NCBI GenBank assembly: GCA_013239625.1
Contig: MU053334.1
Span: 445,190 to 509,189 of the forward strand
Length of the DNA stretch: 64,000 nucleotides
Direction of reading: 5' to 3'
Source of the DNA: Lama guanicoe
Lineage: Eukaryota
The notes below the pieces were generated by a model, which saw only the letters and a program-made list of their open reading frames with translations, was not told the origin of the DNA and ran no database searches. Each line of letters begins with the position of its first letter. The stretch's first letter is position 1. Below are positions 55,644 through 64,000 of this stretch, piece after piece. The translations under genes were made by a program, and so were the position numbers.

Positions 55644-58600
55644 GTGAGGCTCACGCCGGCTCTCCCGGGCCGGCCCGGACCGTGGCCTGGAGACCCTGGG
55701 GCTCCCTGAAGTCCTAGGGTGGCCCCGGTCTTGGGGGGAGCGGGCGGCTTAGAGGCCTTGTCCTGGGCTCTGGTCAAGCCGTGACTGGCTCTTCCAGCTC
55801 GGCCCCTGCCCCAGCAGGTTCCAGCTTGTGGGGTCGGGGAGGGGCCTTTGGGGGCTGCAGGGGTCCCCGTGGGGGTTAGGGGCTTCTGAGGCCGGGCTGC
55901 TCCCCCGAGCTGGGTCTGGTCCCCGTGTGCTTCTCTGCTGCTCACTGCCCTCTGCACCCTGCCACCCTGAGCAGACCCTCGGCCCTCTGAGTGTCCCACC
56001 AGCCCCTGGGACCACCCCTCCAACACCCCGTTTACTAGCTCACTTTCCCTGTGGGGGCCTCCGTGAGGGGCTCCTGGGGCCTCAGCCTTGGGTGGAGGGA
56101 GTAACAGTGAGGCTCGCAGGGCGATGGGGGTGATGGGGGCGGCCTATGGTCCCCGTGGCCCTCTGAGGCCCCCTCCTACTTGGGCCTGCACCTCCCAGCC
56201 TCTGCTCCCCAGGAGAGGGCCGGCCCCGGACTGGGGTTGGGTGGCTCCCAGGCTTGAACATCAGGGCAGGCCCCGAGCACTCGGCAGCTTGGGGACCATG
56301 ACGTGGTCTGCCAAGGTCCCCATGGCCCCATGTGGCTCCCACACGACGACCCCCAGCCTCCCCCTGCTCCTGGACAGTCCCAGAACCAGGAGGCTCTCCC
56401 TCTGGCCCCCTGGGTGTCCCCTTGGCTTCAGGGATGAGGCCAGGTTGTCCCTGGGCGGGGGGGAGGGGGATGGAACACCTATGAGTGAAGATCGGCTCCC
56501 CCTCCTCCCCCTCCTCCAGAGGAGGGTCTGGTCCTCCCCTGCAGGGCCTGGGGCTGGGCTGGGCGCCGTCTGGCCAGCTCTGGTGGCATTTTGCACCTTT
56601 GGAAAGGCCTCTGAGGACCCCAGAATTCAGCTTCCTTTGGTGGCCTCCACCGCGCTGAGCCCCTCCCCGTGGCCCAGAGCACCCCATTTCGGGAGCAGCT
56701 TTGTCCCCACTCTTGGTCCCAGGTCCCTATCCTGCTCGGAGTTTCCCACCAGAGCCCTGGCTCTCTTTGGACAAGTGGCGTCCTCGACTCTCTGCTCCCT
56801 CGGGGGGCCAGCTGCTGCCCAGGGCGGTGCCGCCTTCTGTCCCTCCACGTGCCTGGCAAGGGCCCAGGGCCCAGCCCGGGTGGACGCTCAGTGAGCACGA
56901 ACGAGCAGTGAATGAAGGAAGGGCCCCAGAGAAACCCGCTCAGGGCCCAGGACGCCCCAAGTGCTCACGGGGTCCGCCTGCGGGGGTGGTCAAGGGAGTT
57001 TGGCTCAGCGGAGAGCCGGGGCAAACTCAGATGTGTGTGTGCGTGGATGAGATGCCCCAGCACCCCAGTCGGCGCAGAGAGCCCCACTGTCCCTCTGTGC
57101 ACTCCCTCTGAGGCGACGTAACTGCCCTTTGGCCGGCTCCAGCCCAGCGCCCTCTCCTCTTCCCGCAGGCCAGGCCCACGACGGCTCTGAGAACCGGGAC
57201 CTCCCTCGTGCCCGCCACGGGCCTGGCGGTGAGTCTCCTCCCCACGTGTCAGGGCCCCCGCCCCGGCCCACAGAGAGCCCTTGAGGGGTCACCGCTTTGG
57301 GTGCCTCCCAATAGCTATCATCTGGGGGGTCAGAACTTGGGGACACGGGGCCCGTCGGTCGCCTGGCGGCCCCCTGCAGGCTGCTTGCTGTCTCCCCACC
57401 GAGGCTGCCGGCAGAGCTCACAGCGAGTCCTCCTCGCTCCCCCATTAGCTCCTGATGCTTCCTGAGAGGCCAGCTGGGCGAGGCACAGCCCCGCATGGCC
57501 GCCAGACGCCCTGAACAAGGGGAGGCCTCGGGGACAGACCCAGCCAGTCTCACTTTGCATTTCCCCAAAGGGGCTCACCTGTGCCTGATCTTGGCACCCA
57601 AGGGCTTGTCTGGAGCTGCTGACGCTGATTCAGACATTTTTAAGACTTCGGGAGCAAGGAACCCCCAGCGCAAAGAGTGCTCCGGGCCACGGGGGTGTGA
57701 GAGCGCCAGCCGCCAGGGTCCCCCACTGCATGGGCTGCACAGGCCTCCACGGCTCTGTGTTCACACTGGCAGGGAGGTGGCTCACGCGGCAGAATCCGGA
57801 GCTGCCTGGGGACCCAGCAGTCTTGGAACGGCCAATCCAAGGCGTCGGGCGTGGGGCCGACCTGTGCGTGGGCGGTAGGGTTGGGGCTGTGCATCACTGC
57901 ACCCCTGTTTCCACAGGAGACCCCCTCGGCATGGTGACTGTCCACCCGCCTCTGAGGACCACCCCCGTGGTGCGAGGTGAGACCACGCGAGGCTGGGCGG
58001 GGGGGCCTGTGCTGGCCGAGCTCTCTCTCCGTCAGACCTCAGGGCCGGCAGGGGGGCAGCTTTCTGGGTGGACAAGGGCCTGAGTTCCAGGACGGCCGGG
58101 GCTCTGGGGTGTCCTGGGCCACGGGCAGCAGGGTGTCCCAGACTCGGGCGCCCCTAGAAAGGCCCTGCTTTGTTTGACCCGCAGCCCTGAATGCGGCGCA
58201 CGGCGGGCGGGTGTGCAGCACCTGGGGCGACTTCCACTACAAGACCTTCGACGGCGATGTCTTCCGCTTCCCCGGCCTGTGCAACTACGTGTTCTCCGCA
58301 CACTGTGGGGCCGCCTACGAGGACTTCAACATCCAGCTCCGCCGCGGCCCAGGGCCCAATGACACCGCGCCCAGCAGGGTCACCATGAAGCTGGACGGCC
58401 TGGTGGTCGAGCTGAGCAAGAGCTCTGTCCTGGTCAACGGCCGCCCGTGAGTCTGCGCCTGGGGTGGGAGGGCGCTTCTGGGCGGTCGGGGGAGGGGCTT
58501 GGGGTTGTCCCTGAGAGGGTGGGGCGTGGTGCCCCCGGCCCCTGTGCTCAGCCACCTGCCCCCACGGGGGCCAGACTCTCACCCACCGCGTGCCCGCTGG

Positions 58601-61600
58601 CGTCGTCTATGAGCATGGTGACCGCATCACGAGTGTGACTGAGGGGCCCTCCCTGCCTGGGGTCCTGACTTTGTTGTCCATCCTCTGGTGCCCTCGGAGC
58701 CTCAGCGGGGCCCTCTCTCCACAGGGTCCAGCTGCCCTTCGGCCAGTCGGGTGTCCTCATTGACCAGAGCAGCAGCTACGTGAAGGTGGCAGCCAGGCTG
58801 GGCCTGGTCTTCATGTGGAACCTGGACGACAGCCTCCTGGTGAGGCCAGGGACGGGGGGCAGGGGGCGGGGGACGGGAGCACACCTCCAGCGCGGCAGCT
58901 TCCCCTGGGAGGGGAGGCCACGACCCGCCCCCACGGTGGCAGTGAGGGTGGGGCCCCAGATGCTAACGGAGCCCCAGGGTCCACATCCCCAGATGGAGAC
59001 CCTGCGTCTGTGGGGCTTATCCTCCAAGATGACCCTGCTTGGGTTCATACCTTTGTGGAGCCAGGGGGGGGTCCTCTGTGGGGCGCCCCAGCCCCTCTCT
59101 CCTTGGGACCCTCTTCCCCCTGCGCATCCTTGCCCTGCTGGAGTCTGACTCATGCTCTTATTGTAGCTGGAGCTGGACGCCAAGTACGCCAACCAGACCT
59201 GTGGGCTCTGCGGAGACTTCAATGGCGTCCCAGTCGTCAACGAGCTCTTCTCCCACAGTAAGCCCTGCGGCACGCCGCCCCGCCTGCCCCAGGCTCCCTC
59301 TGCAGCGCTCCTGGAAGGCTGCCTTCCAGGACCCCAAGCCAAATGGCCGAATCCTAACACACGTGCACGCACCCGCACACTCGCGGTCTAGCATGCACAC
59401 CCACACACGCACACACAGGTACACAGACTCCTGCACGCCCCAGCACACACAGCGTGCACACACGTGCACACACCCACACCCCATCCTGCCACTGTCTGCT
59501 CTCAGCAGGGCAGCGGCCTCCACTGGGTCCTCCTGTTCTCAGTGCCTGTCCACACCCTCTCCTGACACTGACCTGCTCCAACAAGACCCTGCCACTGCTT
59601 CTTGGTTCTCGAAACTTTGCCACCAAGCAGTGACCTTTCATGGGACCCACACCTGCCACAGCCCCGATCCCGGGGTCCCCTCTGCCAGGCCCATGAGCCC
59701 CACACAAAGCCCACCCATAGGAGCTGCCTTACGGGAAGCCTGCCAAGCACCCAGTGGCCAGGGGCGGGGTCACTCCCCAGCCCACTAGGCTGCGTGCCGG
59801 CCCCGAGCGTCAGGTAGCAGGTCCCAGAGCGCTGCCTTGGCCCCGAACACCTGGGGGTTCCTCCTGTCATCTCCAGGCTCCGCTACTGTCCTGCACAGCC
59901 GCTGCTCCCCCCGGCGGTGTGGATGGGGGGGGCGTGGCGAGGGGCACTGGGATCTGCAAACAGCCCGGCGTTGTGCTTCTGGCAGATGTCAAGCTGACGC
60001 CCATCGAGTTTGGAAACCTCCAGAAGGTGGATGGCCCAGTGGAGCAGTGTCAGGACACTGTCCCTGAGCCCCCGACGAACTGCTTGACCGGCTCTGTAAG
60101 TCCCAGAGCGAACAGGGGTCGTGGTGGGGGGTCCTGCTCCCACAGCCCAGGCCGAGGTGGCCGTGAACCGGGGGACGTCCCCGAGCCTGGGCTGAGCCTG
60201 CGCCCTGGCTTTGCTCCAGGACGTCTGCGAGGAGATGCTGAGCGGCGGGCTGCTCTCGGGCTGCAGCGCCCTGGTCAACGCCAGCGGCTACCTGGACGCC
60301 TGCCGGCACGACCTCTGCCACTGTCAGCAGGCCAACCCGACCAGCTGCGCCTGCCACACCCTCGCCGAGTACTCCCGCCAGTGCGCCCATGCCGGGGGGC
60401 TGCCCCTGGACTGGCGGGGCCCCCTCCTCTGCCGTGAGTGCCCCAGGGTCCTGGCACCGCCGTGCTGTCCTGCCTGGGGCTGGAAGCAAGGGCTGGGTGT
60501 GACGGGGACCCCGACCTCCTCCCTGCAGCCCAGACGTGCCCCCTGAACATGCAGTACCACGAGTGTGGCTCGCCCTGCATGGACACCTGCTCCAACCTGG
60601 AACACTCCCGGCTCTGCGAGGACCACTGCATTGCTGGCTGCTTCTGCCCCAAGGGTGAGCACCCCCCCCCCGTGAATCACACAGATGTGTTCTGAGTGCT
60701 CGAGAAGGAAGGCCCCTCTGTGCCCGCCGGAGATGTCCCTGGGCCCCTGGGTCTGAGGAACCCCTGTAGGGCAGGGCCACCATGGGCAGAGGGCCGGTCC
60801 CCTCCACAGTCACGCAGTGGACACAGCCCGGCACCTGCCACATGCTTGCCTGCCTCTGCAGGGATGGTGCTGGATGACATCGGCCACACTGGCTGCATCC
60901 CGGTGTCCCAGTGCTCCTGTGTATACAATGGGGCCACCTATGCCCCAGGGACTGGCTACTCCACAGACTGTGCCAACTGGTAGGACCCTGGGCCCCTGCC
61001 CTCCGGTCCTCGTGGGCGCGCCCTGGGATGGCCCCTGCCCTCCGGTCCTCGTGGACGTGCCCTGGGATGGCCCCTGCCCTCCGGTCCTCGTGGACGTGCC
61101 CTGGGACAGCCCTCAGGGACTGTGGCCCAGGTGCTGCCCACCCTCTCCCACTGAGGGCGCCGGGCAGGGGCCAGCAGCTCCCCAGGCAGGCGCTGATGGG
61201 CTCCAGTCCTATGTGGTGATGTGGGGCGGGGCGCTGGTGAGACGCCCATCTGCCTGCCCTCTCGGAGTGGGGGTGGGTTGCTCCGGGGGCTGGCACACAC
61301 GCGGCCCCTCCTTGCTCTCAGCACCTGCTCTGGAGGCCGGTGGAGCTGCCGGGAGGTGCCATGCCCTGGCACTTGCTCGGTGCTGGGAGGCGCTCACTTC
61401 TCCACCTTTGACGAGAGGCAGTACACGGTTCACGGGGACTGCAGCTACGTGCTGACCAAGGTATGCGCCCTGGCCTCACCCTGGACAGGGTGGCCTTCAG
61501 GCGGCGTCCAGCCGTGGGTCCATGCGTCCTCCCTGGACCTGGGCTGCATGTTGGTGCCGCGCCTGGGGGTCCCTATGCTGAGTCCCCCAAGAAACCACCC

Positions 61601-63805
61601 CCGCTCTGGGCGTGGCCTGCGGGGTTTACAGGTGGGTGGAGTAGGCGGAGGAAGGCCGGAGTGGGGCTGAGCATTAAGGGAGGACCTGTGTTCCCAGCCC
61701 TGTGACAGCAGCGCCTTCACCGTGCTGGCCGAGCTGCGCAGATGCGGACTGACCGACAATGAGAACTGCCTGAAAAGCCTGACGCTGAGCCTGGGCTCGG
61801 GGCACACGGTGAGTGCAGACCCCGGGGCTGGAGTGACCTTCGCCCAAGCCCCCGGTCCGCCATGGGCAGCAGGTGGCCCGGGCACGGCCCAAGGACCCTC
61901 CCACCAACTCCCGCCTCCACCTCTTGCGGGTCCTCTGCGCGACTGTCCCCAACAGGGAGCAGTGCAGGGACGGGCACTGGGCCTCCACCCGCCCCGGGGG
62001 GCCCAGGACACCTCTCCGCTGCAGTCGACGTCTTTATTTTAGTAAATCTTTGTTTTGTTCACATGATCAGTGGGTGTCCAGTGCCTGCAGAAAGTGCAGA
62101 CAAGCAGGCTGAGCCGGCGGCTGGGCCGTCAGCCCTCCTCTGTAGAGCCCAGGCCTGGGTACGGCCCTGGGGGGCCTGTCCTGACCCCCACTGTGTGCTT
62201 CTCCAGGTCATCGTGGTCAAGGCCAGCGGGGAGGTGTTTGTGAACCAGATCTACACCCAGCTGCCCGTCTCCGCAGGTGAGCCCGCCTGCCCTGGTCACC
62301 CCTCGAGGGTCTGGCCCCTCGCACCCCGCTGACACCTGGTCCTGTGTCCGCAGCCAACGTCACGCTCTTCAGACCCTCCACTTTCTTCATCATCGCCCAG
62401 ACCCAGCTGGGCCTGCAGCTGGACATCCAGCTGGTGCCCCTCATGCAGGTGTACGTGAGGCTGGCGCCCGAGCTCCGGGGGCAGACCTGCGGTAAGAGGG
62501 CCACTGCCCTGGCCACCAGAGCCCGCCCTCCGTGGCTGGGGCACACAGGGGCCTCATACTGCCTTCCCGTCCCCAGGCCTGTGTGGGAACTTCAACCAGA
62601 ACCAGGCGGACGACTTCCGGACCATCAGCGGCGTGGTGGAGGGCACAGCCGCCGCCTTCGCCAACACCTGGAAGACCCAGGCCGCCTGCCGCAACGTCAA
62701 GAACAGCTTCGAGGACCCCTGCTCCCTCAGCGTGGACAACGGTACGTGTGTCCGCAAGCCCCGCTGGCCCGCCTGGGCCAGAGGTCTGGGTGTGGGCTCT
62801 GGCTGTCCACCCCAGCCCGAAGGGGGAGGTTAGGTGGTAAACCAGCAGGCCCGCCAACACGCAGCGACCTGGCCAGGTGGGTCTCGGAGGTGCAGGGTGC
62901 TGGGGGGTCGGGGAGTGAGGCCCACCCCCCCCGTGCCTGCCACCAGGCTGGGGGCGCTCGGGAAGGAGCCTCAGAGCTGCTCACGCCTGGCCTAGTGCTT
63001 TAGATGGACCACCAGGGACGCGGGGTGAAAGGAAGTCTGCTCACCCGCAGGGAGCGCCCGTCTAACACGACTGTCCAGCCCCGCTGACCGTCCCTCCTCC
63101 TCTGTCCACAGAGAAATACGCTCAGCACTGGTGCTCGCAGCTGACCGACCCCCACGGCCCCTTCGCCCGGTGCCACGCCTCTGTGAACCCCAGCACTTAC
63201 TACTCGGTAATGCCACTCACCTGCCCCCTCCCTGGGCCATGCGGCCACCCTCAGGGTCCCCAGGGCTGTGGCAGCAGGGTCTGGGCTATTTGGTCTCTCT
63301 GGCTCTGTTCCCCCCACCCCCATTCACTCACTCACTCGCTGGCTCACGGCGAGGCTCCTGCAGCCGGCCTGAGGGTCCCCCAGAGAGCGCATAGCCCACC
63401 GGCCCGGGGCGTAAGTGAGAAACCAGTGGCAGCTGCGATGTTCTTGTGTCCGAGGCTGAACATAGAGGGCCGGACCGTTGGGTCACAGAGATGAGGGGCC
63501 CGGGTCCTCCCAGCACCTCTGCCCAGCAGGGGGCTTGGCTCCAAGACGCGCTGTGCGATTTCTGCAGAGGGACGTTCAGGGAGGGGTCCTGGAGAGGCAG
63601 GAGCTCCGGCAGATCAGGGGCTGCTCACCCTTGGGGGGCTGGGCTCCCTGACGTCCCGACCCCCTGACATCCCCGCAGAACTGCATGTTCGACACGTGCA
63701 ACTGTGAGAAGAGTGAGGACTGCATGTGCGCCGCCCTTTCCTCCTACGTGCGGGCCTGCGCCGCCAAGGGCGTGCTGCTGAGCGGCTGGCGGGACGGCGT
63801 GTGCA
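55571..63805 (+). CDS. MUC5AC: Mucin-5AC, 5' portion (exons 1-17; 3'-partial)
   Basis: Exons 55571-55643, 57169-57228, 57917-57976, 58185-58446, 58725-58839, 59167-59257, 59986-60095, 60220-60433, 60529-60654, 60862-60979, 61322-61460, 61698-61808, 62207-62276, 62354-62491, 62577-62741, 63112-63206, 63679-63805. All introns are GT-AG and in phase. Signal peptide [25 protein letters not shown] and LRTTPVVRA match MUC5AC; D1 and D2 carry CGLCG; the gene lies directly downstream of MUC2. Confidence 0.95.
57169..57228 (+). CDS. MUC5AC: MUC5AC exon 2 ([19 protein letters not shown])
   Basis: tcccgcag| ... G|GTGAGT; 60 bp, phase 1-1. Confidence 0.85.
57917..57976 (+). CDS. MUC5AC: MUC5AC exon 3 ([19 protein letters not shown])
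   Basis: ccacag| ... AG|GTGAG. Confidence 0.9.
58185..58446 (+). CDS. MUC5AC: MUC5AC exon 4, VWD1 start ([14 protein letters not shown])
   Basis: cgcag| ... CC|GTGAG. Confidence 0.95.
58725..58839 (+). CDS. MUC5AC: MUC5AC exon 5
   Basis: VQLPFGQSG...MWNLDDSLL; cacag| ... CTG|GTGAG. Confidence 0.95.
59167..59257 (+). CDS. MUC5AC: MUC5AC exon 6 ([13 protein letters not shown])
   Basis: tgtag| ... A|GTAAG. Confidence 0.95.
59355..59480. repeat. Degenerate (CA)n tract in MUC5AC intron 6
   Basis: acacacgtgcacgcacccgcacac...gcacacacccacac. Confidence 0.7.
59986..60095 (+). CDS. MUC5AC: MUC5AC exon 7
   Basis: [17 protein letters not shown]; ggcag| ... TCT|GTAAG. Confidence 0.94.
60220..60433 (+). 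CDS. MUC5AC: MUC5AC exon 8 (C8-1)
   Basis: DVCEEML...[16 protein letters not shown]; tccag| ... C|GTGAG. Confidence 0.95.
60529..60654 (+). CDS. MUC5AC: MUC5AC exon 9 (TIL1)
   Basis: [16 protein letters not shown]...GCFCPK; ctgcag| ... G|GTGAG. Confidence 0.95.
60862..60979 (+). CDS. MUC5AC: MUC5AC exon 10
   Basis: [11 protein letters not shown]...YSTDCAN; ctgcag| ... TG|GTAGG. Confidence 0.94.
60991..61107. repeat. 39-bp unit x3 in MUC5AC intron 10
   Basis: GGCCCCTGCCCTCCGGTCCTCGTGG(G/A)CG(C/T)GCCCTGGGA(T/C) three times in tandem. Confidence 0.95.
61322..61460 (+). CDS. MUC5AC: MUC5AC exon 11, VWD2 start ([13 protein letters not shown])
   Basis: ctcag| ... AAG|GTATG. Confidence 0.95.
61698..61808 (+). 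CDS. MUC5AC: MUC5AC exon 12
   Basis: [19 protein letters not shown]; cccag| ... ACG|GTGAG. Confidence 0.94.
62207..62276 (+). CDS. MUC5AC: MUC5AC exon 13
   Basis: [23 protein letters not shown]; tccag| ... AG|GTGAG. Confidence 0.95.
62354..62491 (+). CDS. MUC5AC: MUC5AC exon 14
   Basis: [16 protein letters not shown]...GQTC; cgcag| ... G|GTAAG. Confidence 0.95.
62577..62741 (+). CDS. MUC5AC: MUC5AC exon 15
   Basis: [13 protein letters not shown]...[11 protein letters not shown]; cccag| ... G|GTACG. Confidence 0.95.
63112..63206 (+). CDS. MUC5AC: MUC5AC exon 16
   Basis: [12 protein letters not shown]...YYS; cacag| ... TCG|GTAAT. Confidence 0.95.
63679..63805 (+). CDS. MUC5AC: MUC5AC exon 17
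   Basis: [17 protein letters not shown]...WRDGVC; cgcag| ... A|GTGAG. Confidence 0.95.
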
Positions 63806-64000
63806 GTGAGTGCGCGGGGAGCGGGGCGGGCCCTGCAGTGGATGCTCCAGGGGCCCCTGTCCTCACAGTCAAGCTCACAGTCCACGGAGCGCCCAGGCCA
63901 GGGTCCCCAGGACTCCAGCTAGGACCATGGGCCTGGCGGGGACAGGGGAGCCAGGGTCCTGGGCGATGGCCGCTGGCTCTGTCCTGAGTGCTGCCTCTTC

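Noticed and set aside
60980..61321. In-frame retention of the 342-bp MUC5AC intron 10
   Set aside because: The length is a multiple of 3, but the frame hits TAG immediately (TGG TAG).
55571..63805. Calling the second gene MUC5B
   Set aside because: The signal peptide, exon 3 peptide and position immediately after MUC2 fit MUC5AC.

Overview
This is very GC/CpG-rich mammalian genomic DNA from the gel-forming mucin cluster, with two assembly gaps (37457-37762 and 49446-49919). Bases 1-8945 (+) hold the 3' part of MUC2: a CysD domain, a short PTS segment, VWC-like domains, D4 with GDPH, VWC domains, the cystine knot, the stop at 8786-8788 and AATAAA at 8940. I traced 19 exons by GT-AG sites and phase. 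Bases 55571-63805 (+) hold the promoter and first 17 coding exons of MUC5AC (signal peptide, D1, D2), running off the window. The ~46.5 kb between them is mostly decayed L1, MaLR (MLT1), ERV1 solo LTRs, MIR/L2 and tandem repeats. One tRNA-derived SINE resembling Vic-1 points to a camelid. I found no prokaryotic system, CRISPR array or intact mobile element, and no clearly new multi-gene system. The best leads are: (1) a Cys>Phe change at what appears to be the MUC2-specific inter-chain disulfide cysteine; (2) a CysD followed by only ~144 PTS residues; (3) an orphan GC-box promoter and exon-1-like element between MUC2 and MUC5AC; (4) a GGGTCAGTCAC array. Comparisons to human sequences and repeat consensuses are from memory and need alignment.
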